The position numbers and the translations under genes are program-made. Below the pieces are notes generated by a model, which saw only the letters and a list, made by a program, of their open reading frames with translations, was not told the DNA's origin and ran no database searches. Source: the human T2T-CHM13v2.0 reference genome, Homo sapiens. Taken from it: a stretch of 64,000 nucleotides of DNA. The number at the start of each line of letters is the position of its first letter. Position 1 is the first letter of the stretch. Shown here piece after piece: positions 48,433-61,692 of the stretch. The DNA is taken from the NCBI RefSeq assembly GCF_009914755.1, contig NC_060928.1; one strand, given 5' to 3'.

Positions 48433-50723
48433 GGTTTGGCAAACAAACAACATGGGCTTAACATGCTGCTGCTTAGGAGAAAAGGGCTCTTAAATGCTTT
48501 TCATGCTTTTTAAGTTGTTTATCTCTTGGCGAGAGTTTCCCCAGCCCAGCACAGAAGAGAAGCTCTACAGCAGGATACTTCAGCATTTCCCTCTGCCCTT
48601 TGGGTATTAAGAAGGGTTAAACCCCACCCAACAGGGCAGAGTACAGTTTGTTTACTGCAACACTCACGTCTGGTCTTGAAAGGCATTTCCTCCCTTGCCC
48701 CACAGCCACTGATGGAAAAGAAGATAGACTACGCCAAGGACGCAGATGATGCCTGCAGATTGGGTTGTGTGTGGGCCGGCTGGGTTGGGGAGAGCGTCTT
48801 CCCAATCCATACTCATACCTGTACCCGAGTGCCCAGGGGACAGCCAGACAAGCTCTTTCCTGGCCCTCATTTCCCAGTTCACTTTCTCCGGAGACGCTTT
48901 CCCTTGCTGGGATCTCCTAGGGGTTCCTTACATGCCAGAACACATTTCAGTCAACTGCTGCCACTGGAGGGCCATCTGCATTTCAGGATGCAGCTCTGCC
49001 TGTGGGGTGTGAGGGTTGCCAGTGTTAAACTGTATACTAATCATTAAGGGAGCCCCACTTCCTTCCATGTCCTTCCTTCCAACAGCCATTTATTGAACAC
49101 ATCATGTGTGTGGTATCACACACCACAACCACCATGCACAAGACAGACAAGCTCTTTGCCCTCTTGGGCATACATTTCGGTTGAAAAGACCGAGTACCAA
49201 GTACGCAAATGCACCCCTTATGATGAGGTTATCAGGAGGATCTACTCTGGATTGGATGGTCAGGAAAAAAATACCCCTTTTCCAAGAGTTGGTGATACTA
49301 CTTATTCCACAACCTTAAAGAAATGAGTTGGCCATGTGAAAAGCCAGGACAACAGCAGATCTGAGCTGTTAGCGCACTTTTTAAGAACATGACCTTGATG
49401 GTACAGGGTGAGGTTTTTAGAAAAGTCAGATGCAGTTGATCAGATTGTTTTTGAGATTTACAAACTTTCTTTCTTGTCCGGAAATGGGCATGTCAGTCAC
49501 TACATCATTACAGGAGATAAACGCTTTGGTCTGTGTAATGAGAATAACTTACACTTACTGAATGTCTATGATGTGCTAGGCAGGCTATAGGCACGTCCTT
49601 GTCTATAGGGGTCTATAGGTACAGGCTATAGGCATGTCGCTGTAGCTAGTCTTTACAACAAACCTTTGATGTAGGAATTATCTCCAAAAAAGCTCAGAGA
49701 GGTTTTCCCAAAGTCATATTAGAAAGAAATGGCAGAGCAAAAATTTGAACCTGGGTCTACTTGACTGTACAACCAGTGCCTTTTCTATCCCACATCACTT
49801 CTCTTTCTAAGAGGTAAGAATTCTGTCTGTGATAACACGATACCCTGCAAACCCTTGTTCCACAAAGGGTAAATAGTTTAATTTAGAATTCACCTAGGTT
49901 CCCTGCAAATGACAAAGGCACGCCCCCCAACCCCCTTTACAGGAATCTGCAAACCTTGAATTACTTCCTTTCTTCATTTCATTTTCCCCTAATTCACTAT
50001 AACCGTTCCCTTTGGAGGAAATAATCCAGTTGGATTAGTTGATGTGCAGTTGTGTTGCCAGAGACACACAACACCTGGTGTGGGGTGGCAGCCTATCCTT
50101 GCCTCCTCCCTGCTACCCCTCTCAGACTCTGCTCCTCCCTCTCTCTTTTCATTCTGCCCATATCTCTGAATTGGCTTGAATCTCATTGACATAAACAGTC
50201 CATGTTTGCAAATTCCTTCTGATCCTGGAGCCTATCATCATTACAGATTCAAACAAAACCCCACACTCTGGTCCCCTGTGATGGCCTTTATGGACATTAT
50301 TGACACAAAGCTACTAGGACACAGGAGCATTGAGCAGAAAGCACAGCTTAGCCAGAAAGTGCCTGATATTTCACAACAGTAATCCGTTCAGGGTTTTCTC
50401 TTATGATACAGATGCCCATAGAGGAGAAACGCCGTGAGTATTTTTTGTCAATAATTTAAGAAGGATTAATATCAATAGCAGTTATATTTGTATGGTACTT
50501 CCCAAAGAACTTTAATTCATATTAAGTCTTGTGGTCTTCCTAAAAACCAAGAGATGGCCATGGACCACTATTTTCAGTATAGACAAAGGAGCATGAAATA
50601 CATGCCTATAACGACTGGCTCCAGGGTACCCAGCTAGTAACTGAACCAGCTGGGACTCAAACCCAAGGCTCTGGAAGTTGAGGCCAAGGGCTCTTTCCAA
50701 ACATTCCGTTTGACTCTATGGAT

Positions 50724-51467
50724 TGTAATTGCCCAACAGGTTCTGCCTGCCCACTGCACAGACAAAACCAATTCATGGAGACTGTTTTATTGCAGTAAAG
50801 CAAGAGTTTAATTAATGTGAGGCTGGCCATATGGGAAAATTGGAGTTATCAGTCAAATGAGTCTCCCTGGAGGGCTCAGAGGTTTGCATTTTTCAGGCAT
50901 AGTTTGGTGGGCAGGGGGCGAGGGAATGACAAATGTTGATTGGTTGGGGATGAAATCATAGGGGTGTGGAAAATCTCGTGTACTAAGTCAGCCTCTAGGT
51001 GGGACCACAAGACTGGTTGAGTCACAAGCTGCCGGTCCCACAAATTGCAGGTCCCGGTGAAGTCAATTGGCTATCAAAAATGCAGAAGTCTGAAAAACGT
51101 CTCAAAAGGCCAATTTCAGGTTCTACGATAATGATGTTATCTACTCGAGTAATTGGGGAAGTTACAAATCTTGTGAACTCTGGAACAATGGCTGGTTATC
51201 ATTTAACTCTTGAGAGGGGCTGGTTATTATTTAGGCCCCTCTCATAATCCTAACCTTGTGGCCTTTCATTAGTTTTACAAAGGTGGTTTAGTTTTGAGAA
51301 GGGATATTACCATCCTTGCTTTAAGTTTAAACTATAAACTAAATTCCTCCCCACATTAGCTTAGCCTATGCCTAGCAATGACCAAGGACAGCATGGAGGT
51401 TAGAAGCAAGATGGAGTCAATGGTGTTACATTTCTCTTACAGTCATAATTTTGCAAAGGCTGTTTCA
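50724..51467 (-). mobile_element. LTR8A/8B solo LTR (ERV1)
   Basis: Reverse complement starts tgaaacagcctttgcaaaattatgac..gactccatcttgcttctaacc; ends gggcaattaca; flanks ggat/agat. Confidence 0.85.
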
Positions 51468-51615
51468 AGATCGACACATGAGGCCTTTACTAACTGTGGC
51501 AGTTGGCTGGGAGAAAGGGTTTGGGGAAATGGAACAAAAGATAAACAGAGAAAGTCAGGGTATGAGGATTGATTGAATAAATGAAAAATTCACTCATTCA
51601 TCCATTTAATAAACA

Positions 51616-51935
51616 TTTATTTATTTATTTATTTTTATTTTTATTTTTATTTCTGAGACAGAGTCTCGCTCTGTCACCCAGGCTGGAGTGCAGTAGTGCG
51701 ATCTTGGCTCACTGCAAACTCCGCCTCCCGGGTTCACGCCATTCTTCTGCCTCAGCCTCCTGAGTAGCTGGGACTACAGGCGCCTCCTACCACGCCCGGC
51801 TAATTTTTTGTATTTTTAGTAGAGATGAGGTTTCACCATGTTAGCCAGGATGGTTTCGATCTCCTGACCTTGTGATCCGCCCGCCTCGGCCTCCGAAAGT
51901 GCTGGGATTATAGGCATGAGCCACCGCGTCCAGCC
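51616..51935 (-). mobile_element. AluY
   Basis: AluY diagnostics; TSD ttaata(a/c)acatttatt. Confidence 0.95.
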
Positions 51936-52337
51936 TTAATACACATTTATTAAACACCATCACTCACAGTATGATACTCCATGATAGTCTATATCACCAA
52001 GGGGATGGATCATGCTTATTTACGGCAGAAAACTGCTTGCATTTTTCTTCTTTTTCCTAGTTCCACAGATGGACTACCTTTCCCAACTTTCCTTGGGCCT
52101 GAGTTTAGAGAACAGAAAGTGAACTGAAAACCTTGCTCCTCCCAGCTGTTTCCCCTTGAAGCAGATGAGCATGGAGACCTTGGAATCTTTGAATGATTGT
52201 TCTTGTCAATTTGGCACACCGTGAGACAGAAACTTCTATTATATGAAACTATTGAAAGTTTGGAGTTTATCTTTTATGGTGATTAGTGTTACCTTCCTGG
52301 GCTTCTTAACGAGATTGTAGGAAGAAACTAAGACTTA

Positions 52338-52658
<321 letters not shown>

Positions 52659-54309
52659 CTAAGGCATCCAATGTAGGTAATGAATTAACTTCTCTTCTGT
52701 GCATCTGAAATGCTATAAGTTATATATTATTTGTATTTTCAGAGAATTGAGAAAAGAGTCACTCACGTGGTTTTCCATGGAGTTTAATTCTCTTGTGGAA
52801 CCCCCGTTAGAAAAGCTGACTATACTCGCACAATCTCCATTCTCAAAAGGTTTATGATAATCTAGTTGTGGAAATTGGACAGATGTACACACTTCTCTGC
52901 AAGGGAATGTGAAGGGGGAATCTCATATCACTTCACTTCACTTCAGCCTTATGACAAGCCTATAAAGGAGAGCTTTGCAAACATTATCATCATCATTTTA
53001 CAGAAGAAGAGATTTCAAGGTTAAGTGTTCAAGGTTGCTCAGGTAAGAGGTAGTGGAGCCAGAATTTGAACCCATGTCTGATAAGCTCTTGCTCCTTCCA
53101 AGATATCACACTGCAAAATAAGCAAGTTTAACCTACTCTACAATTCTCCTTAAGGCTCCCACAAGGACCAGAGGGCCCAAGACGGTTCCCCATCTTCAAG
53201 GTCAAAGATAACACTTTCTTCCTGGAAAGGGAAGTCCTCTCTCCAGCACCTCTGGGATCTTGGTCATCCCTGAGGTGCTCTGTCTTTATGAGAATTTTTC
53301 TACCCTGGATCTGTTTATGAGAAAGGGATAACAGTATAATTTAAAAATATATAGGAGTGGATGAGTGAAAAATAAGAGTCATCTTGGATTCTAGCTTTAG
53401 GAAAGGGGGACCAATTTATGAAAAGTTTGGGAGATGTGATCAGGAGAGCAAAGAATGGTTAGTTTACAAAGAGAATTAGGTTAACTAACAACCAGCTTCC
53501 AAAAGCTTAATTAAGTCTCTCAGCCCTCGAGTGAGTCAAGGAAATAATTGATTTCCACATTGCTGGTGGGGAAAGTGAGGAGGGGGAGGTAATTTGCCTG
53601 TGGCCAACAAGGGAAACAGCATTTGTCCTGGGATTAAAATCTAAGATTTTCTGGCTCTTGGTCCTTGGTTTTACCTTTGAATCTGGAATGCTCAAGGCCC
53701 AGAAGTGAGAATCCCAAAGCAGGACTCTCAACCGAGATGCTGTATGCAAATAAGGGACCAGATAATTAATGCTTCGCTCTTTAGTAATTTTCTGTCCTTC
53801 AAAAAGGTAATGCAAACAATGCGCCCCTGGTGAGTCAAGGCCGTGTGGGTTTATTTTAATAAGCACCGGCACTTTTCCTTATGAGGCGTGGCCATCACCC
53901 AGTGCAGTTACCTGTGATACTAGAAAATATTTGGAAATCTCAAAATATAAACAAATGTCTGGAAAAGATCAGAGAGAGAAAAAAATGAAAGAGAGAAAAG
54001 AAGAAAAGAAAAAGTAGTAACAGGAGGGGAGGAAAGCATTCTAGAAAAAGAGTAACTACTAATTATTGAATGCTTGCTCTGTGCAAGGAGCTTTTCAAAT
54101 GTTTCCTCATAAGAATTCCACGAGGTAGGCATTTGATGACTTTAAATGGATGTAAAAACTGAGGCTTAGAGGGGTGAGGCTTTTCCCAAGCTAGGAAGGG
54201 GCAGGACCAGCATTTGAGTCCAAGTCTGTTAAGTCAGCCTTAACCACGGCCTGGTACTGCCTTCTGCCTATAGATCTGACCAGAAGAGAGCGGGAAGGAA
54301 GGGGTGTTA

Positions 54310-54621
<312 letters not shown>

Positions 54622-55273
54622 TTATTCATCTGCTTATTCATCTGCTTACTTGTCTGTTTTCCTCTGCTGTGTTGTAATCTCCTTGAGTATCAGAATCAAG
54701 ATTTAATCCTTTGTCTCCCCAGAGCCTAAAGTAGTTCTTGAAAGGCAACAGACAATAAAAGTTTGATGCATGAACAAGCAAATGAACATCTGCAACGAGC
54801 CCAAGGCCAAGGGTCAAATATCTTGCCTTCTCTAACCCTGAAGTCATCTGTCATCTCTCTGGCTCTCAAAATCTAGGGAACTGGTTTGTCTTCCTCCATC
54901 CTCCACACACCCAATTCTATGGCCCGGGAAGTAAGTCCAAGGTCTTGTCTGGAACCTCTGGAAATTCCTGGGTTTAGGAACAGCGTTGTGCTCTCATTAC
55001 CCCCCTTAGCCTCCTGACCCTGGTGTCTGTCCCGCTGTTCCCACTACGCCCATGAATCAAATCCTGACTCTGTCACTTGCCAGTTATGTGACCTTAGGTA
55101 AGTCAATTTTGGATTCTGGGATTCAGTTTCATCCTCTGTAAAATAAGTGCCTTGACTTAGATAAGGATGGCAAACCCAAATGCCTACAAGGATCAGGCAA
55201 ATATTGAAAATGAGCGATGCAGATCGCCTAAGACGATAGGGAGTGGGGAAAACGGAAAAGCAGGCGGGAAAGG

Positions 55274-55287
55274 GCGCCCCCTGGCAG
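55274..55287 (-). promoter_or_regulatory. Candidate CTCF binding site
   Basis: Minus strand ctgccagggggcgc matches 13/14 of CCRSYAGRKGGCRS. Confidence 0.55.
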
Positions 55288-55921
55288 AGAGAGAAGCTAC
55301 TACCCATCTTTACCTGTTATTACGTAGGAATGAGTGCTCAGTGTGGTCACATTTCCAGTTTTTTTTTTTTTTGGTAAGATGCGGGAAGTCTGGATTTTTA
55401 TGTGAAATCTTTCAATTCTTAAATGTTGACACAAAATTTTTCAGAAACGCAGCGTGAGCCAAACTCAACACATCTGTGTGCCGAATTCAGCCCATGGCCT
55501 CCAGGATACAGCCTTTAGACCAGATGATGCCTAACATCTTTTCCACCTTTGAAAGGATTTGGCCTGGTGGCAGATCATCCCTTCAATCTGGATGTTTTTG
55601 GCTCTCTGGACTATTTTTGCTACAGTTTAAGCAGGGTGGACCAGGGCTTAAGAGTAACTGTGTTTATAAACACCCTGAAGAATTCCATATGGTATGCCGA
55701 ATGTGAAGTTGGCTTAATTTGAAAAGATTAAATGTACTCAGGCAATTGCAGAGTTGTCTGTTTTGCAAATCAATGCAATTTGTCGGTACAGGCCGGGAAG
55801 GAATGAGCTTTGGGAAGCGCAGCTGGTGTGACCAACAAGCCCAGTGGTAGTATCATAACAGGAAAGCCAGTGTGGCAGCAGCTCCCTTCTCCAACACTCA
55901 CATCTCCTCTTTGCATGCACT

Positions 55922-55947
55922 ACACACACACACACACACACACACAC
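55922..55947. repeat. (CA)n microsatellite
   Basis: About 13 AC units. Confidence 0.95.
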
Positions 55948-58403
55948 CCTTGCCTCTTCCCTGATGGCTGATTCAGTTTACTGTTTTTAAATTTGAACCA
56001 TATCCAAATAAAAAAGGGTTCCTTTACACATATCCACGGACAATGTGGAGAATGCTTAGCAATCGGGGACCAGGTGTCTCACCTGATCGCAGCAACTTTG
56101 GGTCATGGAGAAGCCCTCAGTGAGGTACCCGAAAGCTGGATACACAGACCTTCCTATAGTATTAACTAATTGTGGGAGCTTGGACAATTATTTCCCCTCT
56201 TCAAGCCTTGGGTTCTTATCTGTGAAATAATGGGAATGAACTTGGATGTCTTAGGTCCCCTCTAGCACTGACAATCTTCATGATCTTTCATTCCCCACGA
56301 GGCAGGCAAGGGGAACCACTCTTGTTCTCTCCCTTAACATTGTTTTTGCTACAGACCATGGATAGCAACTCACTGGTCTAGTGTCTAGGCATGTCGATGA
56401 CCATGGATTTCTATGGACACCACCTTGAGCAGCTGGAAGAGATTCTGGTCTAACCTGTCATGTGAACGTAAGGTGGACCTTGAGGCATCTATAGATCCCA
56501 TGTAATCCTGGCACAGAGGGTCCCTTGCCTTTCTCCCCTCTGCCATTTCTGGTACAGTTCAACAGTGCACAAGGGGGTCACATAATCAGGTTCCTTGATC
56601 AACACGTCTCAACCTGTAAGGAAACCACAAAGCACAAAGGAGAAAAAGAAGAGGAAAATTGTATGGAAATCAGAATTTGGACACGAATAACAGAAAAGCA
56701 ACTCAAACCAGCTTAATCTTAAATAAGGGGATACTTTAATGTCACGAGAAGCCCAGAGTTATTCCAGCAGCTCTAGAAATGGTCAACAGCTTATTGATGT
56801 CTTCAAAGACCCGTATCCCTTCTGTTTCTCTACTTCGTTATAGGCCAATTCTCCTCCTTGTAATGAAATTGCTGCCACTGTTCCAGGCATCATGTCTTTG
56901 CACACTTTTCTTTCATGTGTACCTTTTTTTCCAGTGTGCTAATTTTCCAGTAAGCCCCTCAAAAGACCTCCTTAATGGCCAGAAATGAGTCACACGCTCA
57001 TGCCTAAAACAATCATTAGCAAAAGAATGTAATTACTTTGGTTGGTTTAGAGCCAAACAATGCAGATTCATGCTAGAGAAGGGAAAGGCTCTGCCTCCCC
57101 CATGAGGTGCAGGAAACCTTGTATCTGAGCAAAATTAGGATTCTGAGTTCCAGGAAGAAAGGCAGGAAACACAGCTGTCAGGAAGACCACTAACTGTGGC
57201 TCTCCACCATCCCTCCACTCCCACTGTAAGATTGGTGAGGAAGGAAGGAAGGAGAGAAAGGGTAGAGGAAAAAGGGGGGAAGGAGAAAAGCAGAGAGGAA
57301 GAGAAGGTGGAATTGCAGCTTTGGAATCAAACAGACTTTGGTTTCAATCCTAGCTTGGTTGTTTTCTAGCTGCCTGTTCTTGGCTTATCCCTGAGCTTGT
57401 CTAAGCTTGGGTTTCCTCACTTACAAAATGGAGAGAACATGGGCTTTTCGTGAGGTTACATGAGAAGATGAATGTAAGGAGCCAAGCACAGTGTTTGTCA
57501 CAAAATAATGTTCAGTGAATATTAGCAAGAAGAGAAACAGAAGTGGGACAGGAGGAAGACTTTATGCAGAGCTTTACAGTTTATAAGATGCTGTCACAAA
57601 CATCGCCTCTTCGATTTGACAACATACCAGGAAGGCAGGCAAATGAGGCATCTTTATCATTTTTTTAAGGGGTGTTGAAACTACAACATCCCATATGTGT
57701 CTAGCCCAAGGTTGTAAAATCCGGATGCAGGTCTTCAAAGTCCAGAGCTCCAGAAACACACAGAAAGAGTAGTTAAAAACAGAAAAGCATATTGAAAAAA
57801 AGAAATGCATATTATCGTATTTAGAAAATACATTCTTATTGTAGCAGACAGAGGGATCCCTACAATGAGAACTCTGCTTTTTAGAGATCCCCCCACTTCC
57901 AAATGGGGTGGTCTCCATCTTCCTAAATGTCTAATCAGGACAATTAGACTCAATTCAACAAGTATATTGAGCACGGACTGTGTATAAGGCAGGGTGGTTG
58001 GTCCCTAGAGGATAGAGAGTTGGGTACAATACTCTGTTCTCAAAGAGCTTACAATTGAGAAAAAAATGCAGAGTAATTTTACTGATAAATATTTTTCAAA
58101 ATGCAATGTAGTCGAGTTAGTTCTCTTTTTCTTTCATTGCCAAGGGTGAATTAATTTGGCATCTGTGGGGAGGCTGCTGCAATGAGGCTGGCTTAGATGT
58201 TCTCTAAGTTTCCTTCCAAAGAGAATATTCTTGAGGACAGGAAATCTGCTTTGCCAGAAAGGGCTTCTCTGAACCCTGCCAAACTCTGGCATCCTGGAAG
58301 ATGTCGTAATCCTCCTGACTGAGCTAGCCTCTGCTACTCCTCATCTTTACCAGCCTAGGCCAGGATTAAGTCAGAGAGCCCCAGACCAGCAGGACTCTCA
58401 GTT

Positions 58404-58445
58404 GGAGTGAGTGAGTGAGTGAGTGAGTGAGTGAGTGAGTGAGTG
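58404..58445. repeat. (GAGT)n microsatellite
   Basis: About 10 perfect GAGT units. Confidence 0.95.
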
Positions 58446-60148
58446 CTGCTCCACTCAGGTCTGAGGTCAGCCGGGGTTGCCTCTGGTCTGGAGGTCTCCT
58501 AGACAAGTGGGCCAGAGATCTCAGTGAGTCAGCCTCACTCTCCAGACCCTCTGGGGCATCCTAATGGGAAAAGGATTTCTAGTTATTTCTCAAAGGGGTC
58601 CTTAAACCTCTCAGAGCAATCTCCTCCCTTTTGAAAAAAAGAGATGTGTATTATTTAGAAAACACGTTATTGCGGCAGAGGGAGAGATCCTTGCAGCGGA
58701 ACTGATCTCTTGTATCATGTACTGGTTTGGGGATAATGTGAGTTAACATTCTGAGACCGAAGTAGATTTGTTTTGCAAGGTGGGCTGGTGATACATTCGC
58801 CTCTGAAAGACGTGAAAATTCAACCCTATTGGAATTGGTCTCATGTGATTGACAGACCTGTCTTGTGAATGAACTTGGCTGTGGGAAAAAGAGAATGGGT
58901 TTATGTGTATGAGACACAGTCCTCACTGAGGGCCTGGGTTGGCGTTGGGCTTTCTATAATGTCAGTTTCGGGGCAAATGTGAGATGAAGACTCTCAGAGG
59001 TGAGTGCTCTAAGAAGAGCCAGGGGGTGGTGATGAGTGTTGGGATGTGTGTGCATCTGTGAGTGTGAGTGTGTGCATGGGGAAAGTAGGGTGTCAGGGAG
59101 AGCAAGTCATCTAGAGCTGCAAGTGCTGGATCAGAGGGATTAGGCAGGGAATTCAGGCAGCGATGGGCAAGGAGTATGAAACACCCGGCCTCATGTAAGA
59201 GTGGACAGGAGGAGCACAGAGTCTTGGCAGCCAAGAGCTCTGACATGGACCAAGGGACCAGATGTGGGCCTGGGCTAGAGGAATGAGGGTCGGGTGCCCT
59301 GGAGCAGGCCAAGGCCATCAGAGGGGCTAAGGCCCATGGCTACTTTTATATGGCAAACCTCTCCCCTTTTCAAGGCAGCTCCATATTTTTTCTAAAGAGG
59401 CCACGTTAGAGAGTTGTCCCCCAATAAATGAAGCTGTGTTGATGGCCCAGGCCTCCTAGGCTTGCCTGAAAACATCTGCAGCTGTGTCAGTCCAGAGCTG
59501 CCCCTCCCTTACACCCAGGCTTGTGGGATAGTGAGTCTTAACTATTCATTCTGGGGAACAGGTCAGCGGGTGGGTCTTGCGGACCTGAATCCCACATCGG
59601 ACCCAACAGTCTCACAAAGCAGTTTTCACAGTCTCTGCCCAGCACTCTCTGCTTCCCTCCTCTTCTGCATTATCTTCCCCAGATTGGGGTCTGTGGATTG
59701 ATAGTCCCTCCAAAGGAGTTCCTGTGTGGGCAGCGGGTGCATTATAAAGAGCAGCACAGGAGAGGTGCCAGGGCTGCCCGCCTGCATTCTTGCTGTTAAT
59801 ACTTGGGCTCTGGGATGACATGGTTCCCCATTCCCCACTGTAAGTGGTCAGACAAGGTACCTAGTTTTTCGTGTACACAAGGGAAGAACTGCAAGTGTTT
59901 AAATCCTTCAGAATATAAGCTCCCTGAGGACAGAGATTTTCATCTGTTTATATATCTCATGAATCCCCAGAGCCTGGGGTAGACAATAGCATATTTTAGG
60001 CACACAGCAAACATTTGTTGAATGTTTAAAATACAATCACCCATGCAAAGTGCTTAGTACAATATCTGCATAAACATAGTTAATGCTAGTTCATGCTATT
60101 ATGAGTGGTTTAGAAGCTTCCTCAAAAAGTGTTTAAGAGAGCATAAAG

Positions 60149-60472
60149 AGGCCAGGCAGGGTGGCCCATGCCTGTAATCACAGCACTTTGGGAGGCTGAG
60201 GTGGGCAGATCACTTGAGCCCAGGAGTTCAAGACCAGCCTGGGCAGCATGATGAAACCCTGTCTCTACAAAAAATACAAAAAATAGCCAGGCGTGGTGGC
60301 GCATGCCTGTAGTGCCAGCTACTTGGTGGAGGTGGGACACTGAGGCAGGAGGATCACTTGAGCCTGGGAGGTTGAGGCTGCAGTCAGCCGTGATTATACC
60401 ACTGTACTCCAGCCTGGGTGACAGAGGAGACTCTGTATCAAAAACAAAAAAAAAAAAAAAAAAAAAAAAAAA
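60149..60472 (+). mobile_element. AluJ element
   Basis: Alu dimer; TSD agagagcataaaga. Confidence 0.93.
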
Positions 60473-60774
60473 GAGAGAGCATAAAGAATATTTTATTTGT
60501 TCAGTCAAAACATATTTGTTCACTGGCTGGTGTGTACCAGGTGCTCTGTTAGGTTCAGGGGAGACAGCAGGGAATAAGAAACACATTTGCTGATGGAGTT
60601 TATAGTCTAATGAAGGAGACAGGTGTTGAATAAGCAAATGAGTGTTAATCAATGTGCTGACCTCACATAGTTAGTGGAATAAAATGAGGTTGACTATACT
60701 AAAAAATTTGAACTGGGTACCAGACTTTAGTTGGACTACACAGACTTCATTTGGACTACAGTCCCTTCCGTTGG

Positions 60775-61160
60775 TGTATTAGTTAAGGTAATGCTAGTCA
60801 CTGTAACAGATACACCTTAACTAGCAGTGATTAATACAAGAGAAGTTTATTTCCTGCTCACATGAAGCCTAAACAGTTGCCTCTGATCAGCCAGCCATTC
60901 TCCTCCAGGCAGTGTTTCAGGGACCCAGGTTCCTTCCCTGTCGTGGCTCTGTCCTCTTCCACACTTGACTTCCAAGTCCCCTGTGTTTCTCTGCATCAAC
61001 TTGGTGGTAGCAGGGGTAGAGGAGAGGGCTTGGCAAAAGGTTTTTATGGACCAGGCCAGGCAGTGGTGAGCACGACATGTGCTTCCATTCTGTAGGTCAG
61101 AAGTCAGGCCACAGCCAAACCAGAACACAAGGGAGACTGGGAAATGTAGTCTAGGCCAGG
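60775..61160 (-). mobile_element. MLT1J-like LTR, probably followed by MLT1 internal sequence to ~62340
   Basis: tgtattagttaaggtaatgctag..agaagtttatttc..gggagactgggaaatgtagtct. Confidence 0.65.
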
Positions 61161-61692
61161 GCTTGAGGATCTCTGCTGCAATATGCCCTTCTGATCATTA
61201 AATCCCCTTCGTCCCCTTCTTCCCATTCATAGAACACACTGACCCTTATCCTTAAGAGAGGTAACTCAAATCCCAATTTAGTCACTGTGTCCAGCCCAGT
61301 GCCTTGAATCTCTGGGTGATATGTAATATATCCAAGTCCAGATGCAGTATTTCATGTTCATTGACCTGTGATCTAAAAAGACAAGTTATCTGCCACCATC
61401 CTACATGTCTCCCATAAGCTATGGTGGAATATAGATGGCACAAGGCAACAAGAACTCCCATTCAGAAAAGGGCAGAATGGGAGTCACATGTTTGTCACAG
61501 GTTCATAGCAATTGTACACTCCTGCCAAACAGGAATGCTAAAGTTGGCTGGTCAGTTAGGGAATTTTGTTGATTAGACAGAAATTGAACTTCCTTGTCTA
61601 TTGCTCTCTGTGGTCTGTTATTTTTCTTGGCTCCTTGTACTGTGGGAGTTGTAAAGCTTTTGCAATTTGGGGGTTTTGAGATTGGTTTAAAG

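Noticed and set aside
47878-48453. Longest ORF in the track (191 aa)
   Set aside because: Runs through the GA-rich low-complexity tract and a MIR-like segment; no recognisable domain
48526-49047. 173-aa ORF in unique sequence
   Set aside because: Non-ATG (TTG) start, no recognisable homology, no supporting gene structure
53821-53834. CTCF-like gcgcccctggtga
   Set aside because: One base short in the G-run, which breaks the fixed spacing of the motif
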